DNA of 60,830 nucleotides, counting the filler. It is 7 parts of 7 records of this genome, joined end to end, with 100 filler letters (N's around TTAATTAATTAA, not from the genome) between each part and the next. Parts side by side here need not be neighbours in the genome. Positions count along the whole stretch, not along the records: positions 5,663 to 11,467 come from SRR31156797_16235; positions 11,568 to 17,240 come from SRR31156797_16240; positions 17,341 to 25,713 come from SRR31156797_16242; 4 more parts are not named here. One strand, given 5' to 3'. The number at the start of each line of letters is the position of its first letter. The stretch's first letter is position 1. Below, one piece after another: positions 9,979 through 18,852 of the stretch. A program made the translations under genes and the position numbers. The notes under the pieces are model-generated. The model saw only the letters and a list, made by a program, of their open reading frames with translations, did not search any database and was not told where the DNA came from.

Positions 9979-10977
9979 ATGATTTCAACCATTCTGGCAG
10001 CAGCAGGATTCCAGGCAACTGCGTTTGTAATCCTTCCAATTCTCGGATCTGTCCTGTTGGCGTACGGAATCTACCAGGTCGTTGCGGAAACCCGTGCAAA
10101 CGACAAGAAACGACTGGCCGACCGTCTTGAAGGCGCCTCGCGAAAGCAACAGGAGAAGATGGCGTCCATTCTCAAGTCGACCGCCCGCGAAGAAGCGAAG
10201 GAAGGCCTGTTCAAGGCCATCGATTCGCTTAGCTTCATCCCGAAACTGCAGACACTCCTGGATCAGGCCAATGTCGATATGATGGCGAGCAAGCTGTTCG
10301 TGAATCTCCTCGGCCTGGCGGCTGTGTCGATTGCCGGTCTGATTGTCTTCGATTTCAGTCCGGTGACCGCAATCATGATTGGCTTCGGAATCTTCATACT
10401 CCCGCTTATGATTCTGCAGTTCAAAAGAAAACGCCGCATGGCGAAGCTGACATACCAGCTTCCCGACGTATTTGAAATGATGGGCCAGGCGCTCCGGGCG
10501 GGCCACTCGCTGCCTGGATGTTTCCAGTTGATTCATGAGCAGATGCCGGATCCAATCGGGACCGAATTCGGTCGCGTATTCTATGAACAGAACCTGGGCC
10601 TCAAGATTGAAGATGCACTGCTGGATATGGCGGATCGCGTCGATTCAATGGACGTCCGCTTCTTCGTAACGGCTGTGCTGATTCAGCGTCAGACCGGTGG
10701 TGACCTGGCGGAAGTCCTCGACAACATTGGCGGGTTGATCCGTCAGCGAATCGAACTGTTCGGCATGGTAAAAGGACTGACGGCAGAAGGCCGCCTTTCG
10801 GGGTGGGTGCTGTTTGCCCTGCCATTCCTTGTGTTCTTTGCTGTTCAGTTCTTGAATCCGGATTACGGTGCATCACTCCTGGAGGATTCCCGTGGAAAGA
10901 TTCTACTCTGCGTCGCTGCTGGGATGCAGCTGATGGGGCTGGCCATGATCCGGCATATTGTGAATATTAAGGTCTAA
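9979..10977 (+). CDS. tadB: Tad pilus assembly protein TadB (T2SSF family)
   Basis: QLPD...ALRAGHSL, IQRQTGGDLAEVL and TAEGRLS motifs. Follows cpaF. Confidence 0.9.
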   Translation: MISTILAAAGFQATAFVILPILGSVLLAYGIYQVVAETRANDKKRLADRLEGASRKQQEKMASILKSTAREEAKEGLFKAIDSLSFIPKLQTLLDQANVDMMASKLFVNLLGLAAVSIAGLIVFDFSPVTAIMIGFGIFILPLMILQFKRKRRMAKLTYQLPDVFEMMGQALRAGHSLPGCFQLIHEQMPDPIGTEFGRVFYEQNLGLKIEDALLDMADRVDSMDVRFFVTAVLIQRQTGGDLAEVLDNIGGLIRQRIELFGMVKGLTAEGRLSGWVLFALPFLVFFAVQFLNPDYGASLLEDSRGKILLCVAAGMQLMGLAMIRHIVNIKV

Positions 10978-10997
10978 GGGGATTGGGAGAACAGACC

Positions 10998-11467
10998 ATG
11001 GATCCTATATTTCTGGTAGGGCTGATTGTCGTGAGTGTCGCACTGATCGTGTGGGCACTGATGCCGCAAGGCAAGAACGATGGAGATGCTGTCCAGCGAC
11101 GCTTGATCGGCGGCTCCAAAGAAGTCGACATGGAAGATCTTCGCAACAAGGCGAGGGACTCCGTAACCAAGCGGGTTGTCGAGAAAGTTGCACCCTTTGC
11201 GGTGAAACCGGCGATGCCCAAAGACGACGCCTCCATGTCCAAACTTCGGGTGAAACTCTCCTGTGCGGGCTTTCGTTCGGATAATGCTCCAACCCTGTTC
11301 CTGGCGAGCAAAAGTCTATGCGCACTCGTACTGGCGCTGATCGCACTGCTCGTGTGTCTGACCAAGGGGATGGGGGCCGCACAGATCGCAAGCTATTCCA
11401 TCTTTGCGGCCGGACTTGGTTTCATGGGGCCGAACCTCTGGCTGGGAAATGCCGCGACCAAGCGTGG
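10998..11467 (+). CDS. tadC: Tad pilus assembly protein TadC (3' partial)
   Basis: Follows tadB. N-terminal TM helix, L..AGFR and GF.GP..WL patterns. Truncated by the spacer. Confidence 0.8.
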
Positions 11468-11567
11468 NNNNNNNNNNNNNNNNNNNNNNNNNNNNNNNNN
11501 NNNNNNNNNNNTTAATTAATTAANNNNNNNNNNNNNNNNNNNNNNNNNNNNNNNNNNNNNNNNNNNN
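11468..11567. other. Artificial contig spacer
   Basis: N44-TTAATTAATTAA-N44. Confidence 0.98.
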
Positions 11568-11568
11568 C

Positions 11569-13440
11569 GGCATGCTGGTGGACAACGCCATCGTCATGAG
11601 CGAAGCGATCATGGTGAAGATGGAATCGGGCCTCAAGTCCGTGGAGGCCACCATTGCCGCGGCCGGTGAACTGATGGTGCCGTTGCTCACCTCTTCCCTT
11701 ACCACCATTGCGGCATTCCTGGCCTTCTATCTGGCGGAATCCACCATGGGTGAGATCATGGGACAGATATTCGTGGTGGTGGGCATCGCCCTGATCAGCT
11801 CCTGGATCCTCTCGTTGACCATCATTCCCCTGCTGGCCATCCGCTTCATCCGGGTCAATCCCGGCAAAAAGCAGAAAAAAGGCATGTTCGACCGCCTGGC
11901 GGGCGCCTACAGCAACCTCCTTCGAACAGGACTCAAACGGCCAAAGACCGTCTGCCTGATCATCGGGGTTCTTTTCATCGGATCGGTGGCGGCCTTCACC
12001 CGCATCCCCTTTGTCTTCTTTCCCCAGAGCGAACGGCCCCTTGTCTCGGCCAACCTCGAGCTGCCCCTGGGAACGGACATCCAGCGGACAGATGCCGTGG
12101 TAAAGGAGATCGAAGCCTTTATCCAAAAGAACCTTCTGGCCAAGGACAATGAAGCGGGAGGCATCACCAGCTGGTCCACCTATATCGGCGAAGGCGCCCC
12201 CAAGTACGACCTTGGGTACACCCCGCCGGAATCGAGCCCCAACGCCGCCCACATCCTCATGAACACCACGGACGATGCCGCCAACCAGCGGGTCATCGAC
12301 CGCCTGGACAGGTTCTGCTTTGACAACTTCCCGGATGTCACGGCCACAATCGACCGCCTGGCCGAGGGCGGCGGTTCCGCAACCCCGGTGGCCATCAGGC
12401 TCACGGGCAAGGACCCGGAAAAGCTCTCCCGGATCATGGAGCAGGTAAAGGCCAGGCTCACAAAAATTCCCGGCACCCGGAACGTCACGGACGACTGGGG
12501 CGTCTGGGGCAAGAAGCTTGTGGTCACCCTGGACAACACCCGGACAAGGCTTGCCGGGCTCACCAACCAGGAAGTGGCCACCGCCCTTCAGACCGCCCTT
12601 TCCGGCTCCACCGTGGATTATTTCAGGGAGGGGGACAAGGAGATCCCCATTATCATGCGAAGCCGGCTGGGGGAAACCATAACCATGGAGCGCCTGGAGA
12701 CCCTGCCCGTGTTTTCCCAGGCCAAAAAGGTCAGCGTGCCCCTGAAGCAGGTGGCGGACATCGGGGTGACCTGGCAGGCCACCAAGATCCTGCGACGGGA
12801 TCTCTACAAGACCATGACCGTGAGCTGCAACCTTGGCAAGAACGTCACGGCAAAGGAGATCACCGACGAGATCAAACCCTGGCTTGAAAAGGAACAGCAG
12901 GCATGGGGCACAGGCTACACCTATGAACTGGGCGGCGACGCGGAGAACAGCGGCAAGGCCATGGGCGCCGTGGCGGACAACCTGCCCCTCTCCGGCTTTA
13001 TCATCGTGCTGCTCCTCATCGCCCAGTTCAACTCGTTCAAGAAGCCGTCCATCGTGCTCATGACTATTCCCCTGGGACTGATCGGGGTGAGCGCGGGATT
13101 GCTCCTCTGCAACGCCACCTTCGGGTTCATGGCCTTCCTCGGTCTCATCTCCCTTTCAGGCATCGTAATCAATAACGCCATCGTGCTCCTGGACAGGATC
13201 AAGATCGAGACGGATCTCATTCCGGACAAGCCCATGGAGGCCATCGTCAATGCCGGGGTGCAGCGGTTCAGGCCCATCCTGCTCACCACCGCCACCACCA
13301 CCTTCGGCCTTGTGCCCCTGTGGATGGGCGGCGGCATCCTCTGGCAGCCCATGGCCATCACCATCATCTTCGGGCTATTGTTCGCAACGGTGATCACCCT
13401 GATCTTCGTCCCGGTTCTCTACCGGCTCTTTTACCTATAA
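11569..13440 (+). CDS. RND efflux transporter permease, AcrB/AcrD/AcrF family (5' partial)
   Basis: GMLVDNAIV, GIVINNAIVLLD and RFRPILLTT signatures. Confidence 0.93.
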   Translation, partial: GMLVDNAIVMSEAIMVKMESGLKSVEATIAAAGELMVPLLTSSLTTIAAFLAFYLAESTMGEIMGQIFVVVGIALISSWILSLTIIPLLAIRFIRVNPGKKQKKGMFDRLAGAYSNLLRTGLKRPKTVCLIIGVLFIGSVAAFTRIPFVFFPQSERPLVSANLELPLGTDIQRTDAVVKEIEAFIQKNLLAKDNEAGGITSWSTYIGEGAPKYDLGYTPPESSPNAAHILMNTTDDAANQRVIDRLDRFCFDNFPDVTATIDRLAEGGGSATPVAIRLTGKDPEKLSRIMEQVKARLTKIPGTRNVTDDWGVWGKKLVVTLDNTRTRLAGLTNQEVATALQTALSGSTVDYFREGDKEIPIIMRSRLGETITMERLETLPVFSQAKKVSVPLKQVADIGVTWQATKILRRDLYKTMTVSCNLGKNVTAKEITDEIKPWLEKEQQAWGTGYTYELGGDAENSGKAMGAVADNLPLSGFIIVLLLIAQFNSFKKPSIVLMTIPLGLIGVSAGLLLCNATFGFMAFLGLISLSGIVINNAIVLLDRIKIETDLIPDKPMEAIVNAGVQRFRPILLTTATTTFGLVPLWMGGGILWQPMAITIIFGLLFATVITLIFVPVLYRLFYL

Positions 13441-13533
13441 ACGTAAACGGAAACAGGATCACACTAAACAGGGTCTGACTCAGTTTTTTTTGATTAAACG
13501 GAGTCAGACTCACACGAAACAGGGTCAGACTTA

Positions 13534-13632
13534 GGGAGCGAGTCGAAATAAGTTGTACAGCTCAAATTTGATGAAGCCTTACACTCAAGGAACAGAGTTG
13601 TTTTTACGTACACCTTATTTCAACTTTTTCCC
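13534..13632. mobile_element. 99-bp MITE-like element with ~19-bp terminal inverted repeats and a TTA target duplication
   Basis: Left end GGGAGCGAGTCGAAATAAG versus reverse-complemented right end GGGAAAAAGTTGAAATAAG (15/19). TTA at both 13531-13533 and 13633-13635. Confidence 0.65.
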
Positions 13633-13656
13633 TTAGCTTATTACGAAAAACAAAAC

Positions 13657-13717
13657 GGGGACAGGCTTAGCTTATTACGCTTTTTTGAAAAAAGCGTAAT
13701 AAGCTAAGCCTGTCCCC
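13657..13717. repeat. Perfect 61-bp palindrome (30-bp arms); may also act as a bidirectional terminator
   Basis: GGGGACAGGCTTAGCTTATTACGCTTTTTT-G-AAAAAAGCGTAATAAGCTAAGCCTGTCCCC, lying between convergent genes. Confidence 0.95.
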
Positions 13718-13799
13718 TGATTTTATGAAAGCTAAGCCTGACAACTGAGTTCATAAGCCAAGGCTGTCCTCGCCCGTCAAAGTTGAGTAAAACCATTCA

Positions 13800-14447
13800 T
13801 CAGGGGAGGAGGAGGGTCTCGAGCTTTTGCTGGAGTCCCTTTGCGCAGGCCTGGAAGGTTCCGTTCAGGACCTCCATCCGGACCCTGCCCTTGGCATCGA
13901 TTTCGGGGCAGGGATCCACGGCCACGGCCAATCGTTCCTGGGACAGGGAATCCAGGAGTTCGAATTCAATGGAAGCGTCTTCAAGTGCCAGATGGGGATT
14001 GCCTGGAATCTTGCGAACCGACGGGGCCCGTCCCTTGGAGTAAACAGAGGTGATTGAATTGGGTTCAGGCTTGGAAAAGGTGACACCCGTCAGGGCCGGA
14101 CGGACCCTCAGCACTCCGGGACCGGGCTTGTCCACCAGGGAGAGGGTGGATGAAAACTCGTCGATCACGGCCTGGTGAAAGGCCTGGGCCACCTCGTTGA
14201 GTTCATCGGCCTGGATGCCCCTGTAATCGGTATCTTCATCCATGAACAAAACCAGGTAATCCAGCATCACCTTATCATAGGATGAGAAATCCGCCGCGGG
14301 CTTTACATAGGTAAAATCGCCGTTCGTCCGTTGTTTTTCATATTTTCCGATAAATTCGGAATGGGAAACGTTTTTTTTGGAACACCCGGTTGCCACAACC
14401 AGCAACCCTGCCATCAAGACCAGCCATCGTTTAACTAAAATCGTCAT
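13800..14447 (-). CDS. DUF3313-like lipoprotein
   Basis: Lipobox VATGC, plus DFSSYDKVMLD, PGPGVLRVR.ALT and ASIEFELLDS patterns. Confidence 0.7.
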   Translation of the reverse strand: MTILVKRWLVLMAGLLVVATGCSKKNVSHSEFIGKYEKQRTNGDFTYVKPAADFSSYDKVMLDYLVLFMDEDTDYRGIQADELNEVAQAFHQAVIDEFSSTLSLVDKPGPGVLRVRPALTGVTFSKPEPNSITSVYSKGRAPSVRKIPGNPHLALEDASIEFELLDSLSQERLAVAVDPCPEIDAKGRVRMEVLNGTFQACAKGLQQKLETLLLP

Positions 14448-14556
14448 GAAGCACTCCTGTCGCAGTTAGTAAATGACTCCACTTTCAAAGTTGGCCGTTG
14501 GCGCAGCGTCCGGACAGCCATGGTCCGAAAGTTGAGCAGATTCCGATTACATCCGA

Positions 14557-15330
14557 TCACGGTTCCCGGATGAGGCGAATCCCCAGGTTGCTGCTCTTAT
14601 CCTTGGGATTGTAGCGGTCCCGCCGGGTACAGCGGACATCCCCCTTGAAATTGACCCAGCTGCCTCCCCGGTCGACCTTGCGAAACCCGGCGCCCTGGAA
14701 AAGGGGACTGGTACGTCCGTTGGTGTAATAAGCGTTCCATGCATGGACATCCTCGCACCACTCCCAGACGTTTCCGCTCATGTCGTAAAGGGCATACCTG
14801 TTGGGGGCCTTGGTCCCCACCTCGTGGGTGGTTCCCTTGCTGTTGCCGTCATACCAGGCCACGGCATCGATATCCTCCCCGCCGGCATAGGGATAATCCT
14901 TCCCTCCGCCGGTGGCCGCATACTCCCATTCGGCTTCCGTGGGCAACCGGAACGTTCCGGTGGCTTTCTGGTTCAACCGTTTCACAAACTCCTTTACCTC
15001 ATTCCAGGAAACGCTCTCCACGGGATAATCATCCCCCTTCTGGAACCGTGCGGGATTATCCCCCATGATCGCCGTCCACTGTCCCTGGGTCACCTCGTAC
15101 CGGCCGATCCAGAAATCGTAGAGACACACCTCATGGCGGGGCCTTTCGTCATCCTCACCCGAATCGTTTCCCATCATGAAGCAGCCGCCGGGAATTGCGA
15201 CAAACTCCATGCCGGTGGTGGGCTCGATCCAGACATCTGAGGCAACCTGCTCTGCGGCAGCCAGGGGGCCCGGCCAGGAAGAAATGGATACTATACAGAG
15301 GACCACCGCCAAACACAGCCTGTTTCTCAT
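14557..15330 (-). CDS. Secreted FGE-sulfatase (SUMF1)-domain protein
   Basis: Signal peptide, then F.MG, YEVTQ, RLPTEAEWEYAA, LYDMSGNVWEW, RGGSW and GIRL motifs. GAGGTG RBS. Confidence 0.9.
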   Translation of the reverse strand: MRNRLCLAVVLCIVSISSWPGPLAAAEQVASDVWIEPTTGMEFVAIPGGCFMMGNDSGEDDERPRHEVCLYDFWIGRYEVTQGQWTAIMGDNPARFQKGDDYPVESVSWNEVKEFVKRLNQKATGTFRLPTEAEWEYAATGGGKDYPYAGGEDIDAVAWYDGNSKGTTHEVGTKAPNRYALYDMSGNVWEWCEDVHAWNAYYTNGRTSPLFQGAGFRKVDRGGSWVNFKGDVRCTRRDRYNPKDKSSNLGIRLIREP

Positions 15331-15543
15331 AATCACCTCAATGTAAGGGGTTAAGAACTTATCTCGGATTAAATCTTACATAAATCTTGTTTCAACCCAA
15401 GGATTTTTTCATTTTATATTGTAAAAACGTTAAAATATCAGAACGGTGTTCCTTATTTTCTTGATCTTATTAAAAATACAAACTATCAATAAAGGGACGA
15501 ACTTATAACCCGCCACCATAAAAAACGATCACGAGGTAAAAAC

Positions 15544-16932
15544 ATGACACCAACACCACGCCCGCAGATCGAACTCCTTGTCCAGAACCAGCGCCATTTT
15601 TTCAATACCGGCAAAACCTTGGGGTATGAAGCCCGGAAAAAAAGCCTGGAACGGCTTCGAACCGCCATCAAGACCCATGAAGGGGCGATTCACAGGGCCC
15701 TGAAACAGGATCTTGGCAAACCCGAGTTCGAAGCCTACGGCACCGAGACCGGCATCACCACCCATGATATCACCCAGACCCTGAAGCATCTCAAACGCTG
15801 GATGCGCCCCAGACGGGTCCCAACCTCCATCCTTGTCCAGCCGGGCAAAAGCCGGATTCTCTACTCCCCCCTTGGCGTCAACCTCATCATCGCCCCCTAC
15901 AACTACCCGTTCCAGCTTGCCATGGCGCCGGTGACAGCGGCCATTGCCGCGGGAAACACCGTGGTGATAAAGCCCTCGGAAATGACGCCCAACGTAAGCG
16001 ACATCATCTGCAAGATTGTCGCGGAGACCTTTGACCCGGAACTTGTGGCGGCCGTGCCGGGGGAAGTGGAGCAGACAACCGCCCTTTTGTCCCAGAAATT
16101 CGACCACATCTTTTTCACGGGCAGCACCCGGGTGGGCACCATCGTCATGCAGGCGGCGGCCAAGCACCTGACCCCGGTCACCCTTGAACTGGGAGGAAAG
16201 AGCCCCTGCATCGTCCACCACGATGCCAACCTTGACATCGCCGTAAGGAGAATCGTCAGGGGGAAATTCATCAATGCCGGCCAGACCTGTGTTGCCCCGG
16301 ATTATCTCCTTGTTCACAAGAGCGTCAAAAAAGCCTTTCTCACCAAGCTGACCAGCCGGATCCTCGACTGTTTCGGAAAAGACGCAAGTAAAAGCCCGGA
16401 CTACGGCAGAATCGTCAACCAGGCCCACGTAAAGAGGATCATGTCGCTGATCGACCCCTCAAAGGTGATAGTGGGCGGCCAGGCACTTGAAAATGAGCGG
16501 TTCATTGCCCCCACCGTAATGGACAACGTCACCCTTGACGACCCGGTCATGAAAGAGGAGATCTTCGGACCGGTCCTGCCCGTAATCGAATATGAGAACC
16601 CGGACGATATTTCCAGAACCGTTCAGGCCCTGCCCCAACATCCCCTGGCCCTCTATCTCTTCAGCGGAAGCAGATCCGTCCAGGAGACCTTGACCTCCAC
16701 GATCCGGTTCGGCGGCGGCTGCATCAACAACAGCGTGATGCACCTTGCCAATCCCCACCTTCCCTTTGGGGGCGTCGGGGAAAGCGGGATCGGCGCCTAC
16801 CACGGGTTCTCGGGATTCGAACAGTTTTCCCACAAGAAATCCATTCTCAAATCCGACACCTGGATCGACCTGCCCCTGTTCTACCCCCCCTACAAAAATA
16901 AGCTTTCCTTTTTGAGGAAAATTATGGGATAA
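15544..16932 (+). CDS. Aldehyde dehydrogenase (ALDH3/YwdH-like)
   Basis: PYNYP, FTGS, ELGGKSP, NAGQTCVAPDY, EEIFGP and PFGGVGESG motifs. Confidence 0.93.
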   Translation: MTPTPRPQIELLVQNQRHFFNTGKTLGYEARKKSLERLRTAIKTHEGAIHRALKQDLGKPEFEAYGTETGITTHDITQTLKHLKRWMRPRRVPTSILVQPGKSRILYSPLGVNLIIAPYNYPFQLAMAPVTAAIAAGNTVVIKPSEMTPNVSDIICKIVAETFDPELVAAVPGEVEQTTALLSQKFDHIFFTGSTRVGTIVMQAAAKHLTPVTLELGGKSPCIVHHDANLDIAVRRIVRGKFINAGQTCVAPDYLLVHKSVKKAFLTKLTSRILDCFGKDASKSPDYGRIVNQAHVKRIMSLIDPSKVIVGGQALENERFIAPTVMDNVTLDDPVMKEEIFGPVLPVIEYENPDDISRTVQALPQHPLALYLFSGSRSVQETLTSTIRFGGGCINNSVMHLANPHLPFGGVGESGIGAYHGFSGFEQFSHKKSILKSDTWIDLPLFYPPYKNKLSFLRKIMG

Positions 16933-16973
16933 GCAGCGAGGAATAGCTCCATGAATGATTTTTGTAACAGCAC

Positions 16974-17201
16974 ATGAATAAGGTAGAGTGTGAAACAAAA
17001 AGTCCCATCTATTGTCCGTTGTGTCGTTTTTTACTGGCCATGGCCGCTTCCGCGGCCTTTGGCACCGAAAATTCCCAGGATTTAAACTACGGAATGGGTA
17101 TCCTCAACATCCGGTCCCAGTCCGTCGGCCAGAGCTTCCGGCTGACACTGCCGCTGCTTGTTCCCGGAGAGATCAAGCCGGGATGGCGCCGGGACCTCTA
17201 A
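16974..17201 (+). pseudogene. Possible truncated remnant of an exported protein (DUF3187-like N-terminus)
   Basis: Signal-peptide-like LLAMAASAAFG followed by YGMGILNIRSQSVGQSFRL, then an early stop near the contig end. The family resemblance is from memory only. Confidence 0.3.
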
Positions 17202-17240
17202 CCGGCCCCGGGACAGGGCGAACGCATGTAGATTATTGGA

Positions 17241-17340
17241 NNNNNNNNNNNNNNNNNNNNNNNNNNNNNNNNNNNNNNNNNNNNTTAATTAATTAANNNN
17301 NNNNNNNNNNNNNNNNNNNNNNNNNNNNNNNNNNNNNNNN
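17241..17340. other. Artificial contig spacer
   Basis: N44-TTAATTAATTAA-N44. Confidence 0.98.
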
Positions 17341-17983
17341 AAATAATAATAATGGCAGCAAACATCCATACCAAAGCAACTACTCTTCCTCCCGCTGATT
17401 TTGGTGACTTATCTCCATATCCAACAGTTGTCATTGTAACTGCTGACCACCAAATTCCGCTGCCCAATCCTTTAAGACCTTTAGCAAACTCATCCGGATT
17501 CTTTCTCCTCTCAAATAGCCAGGCTATAAATCCAAAAATGAAAACAACTAAAAATAAGGCTCCAATTGCTCGTATAAAATTTAGCGAGAAAAATGAAGTA
17601 ATGAATTGAAGTCCTTTCTCAAAAGAACTTACTGATTCAACCATAACAGCAGAATTTGAAATATAATATGGTGCTGAAAAATCAATAATCTCACTCCTCT
17701 TGCTTGTAATTGTTAAAGGATTGATTGACATATCAATATCATGAGCTGCAATGCCATTCACTACTTCATCCAACGTAAGCTTTTTAAATTGATAGTTAAA
17801 TTCGGTTTCTTTATGAACCTTTTCCCAAAGCCAAACGCTAATTCCTTCCAAACCTTTTGCTCCTTCATACACAAATGGAGCTGATGGATAATACCCAATT
17901 ACCAGAGTATCTTTTCCTTTTTCAAATGCATTTACTTCTATAAAAACTAAAATTGCAGCAATAAGTATTAATATCTTCTTCAT
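17341..17983 (-). CDS. GluR0-like ligand-binding-domain/K+ channel fusion (3' partial)
   Basis: Signal peptide MKKILILIAA, SBP_bac_3 half (PFV, ITSKRSEIIDFSAPY), TM1, pore TMTTVGYGDK and TM2. Confidence 0.85.
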
Positions 17984-18091
17984 AAGATTATTTTTTTTTA
18001 ATTGTGAAGGTCGGAAAATATTATGATTTAAGAAAAAATGATTTAAGAATGCATGAAAGATCAGCATTAGAATAATCGAGAAAAAGGATGT

Positions 18092-18370
18092 TTAAACTGT
18101 AATAATATATGGTTCTAAAAGGTTTGCCTGAACTTTCTCGTGTTGATCACTTTCCAAATCGTAATCTGTTACCACATTATTTGTCACTGAAAGATGAATT
18201 ACGGGATATGCATTCACCGTAATATCATCTGGCACTATTTCGTTAGCATAAGTATCTTTCATCCGATTCATTTTAGCTACCTCATCCTTATGCACAGCAT
18301 AAACACGATTCATATTATCTATCAAATTGAAGATAATATAATCATCTGTTGTAAATATTTTTTCTGCCAT
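18092..18370 (-). CDS. Hypothetical protein (92 aa)
   Basis: ATG-started ORF with protein-like composition in AT-rich DNA. No motif recognised. Confidence 0.55.
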   Translation of the reverse strand: MAEKIFTTDDYIIFNLIDNMNRVYAVHKDEVAKMNRMKDTYANEIVPDDITVNAYPVIHLSVTNNVVTDYDLESDQHEKVQANLLEPYIITV

Positions 18371-18816
18371 ATGTTAAAAATTTCCGGATTATTCAGCTCA
18401 ATTTGAAAACATGCACATTTCAAAGACTAGTTACAAAATTTTAAGGAAAAATCCAACAAAACTTATTCAATATCAATTTTATATGATCTATTTTAATATA
18501 AGTTCGATGTAAGAAATAAATCAACAAACTATAACCATCTATTTTTAAATATATTATACAAAATTGGTGATTTGCTTATTCGTTTATTTGTTTATAAAAT
18601 ACTTACCAAAAAGGGATATTATAAACAAATCATCAAATCATCGAATAATCAAAACAATACTATAATTTTGGTAGTCAACATATAACCAGCACCCTTATGC
18701 TGAGCTCACGTTTTTTTTAGGAAATATTATCAACAATTCTCAATAAAAACTGATAACCAAAGCATTACACCTGATTATAAAACACGAATCTTCTTGGTAT
18801 ATCGATGGAGTTTTTA

Positions 18817-18824
18817 TAATTTTG
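18817..18824 (+). promoter_or_regulatory. Bacteroidetes -7 promoter element (TAnnTTTG) for leuS
   Basis: TAATTTTG about 30 bp upstream of the leuS ATG. Confidence 0.6.
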
Positions 18825-18852
18825 CCGCGTTTTTCTTATTAAAGCAACAAAA

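Larger units (their letters stand above)
13460..13769. repeat. Cluster of REP-like GGG(A/T)CAG-family repeats
   Basis: Direct repeat CACAC(T/G)AAACAGGGTC(T/A)GACT at 13460 and 13511. Hairpin GTCTGACTC/GAGTCAGAC. Several copies of GGGACAGGCTTAGCTTATTACG or its complement at 13657-13769. Confidence 0.75.

Noticed and set aside
2242..11467. Phage tail genes linked to a Tad pilus (receptor or novel secretion system)
   Set aside because: They are separated by a linker and come from different source organisms.
13441..13800. CRISPR array
   Set aside because: The repeats are inverted and irregularly spaced, with no unique spacers of constant length and no cas genes.
14557..15330. DGR target (C-type lectin/FGE fold)
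   Set aside because: No template repeat or reverse transcriptase is present on the contig.
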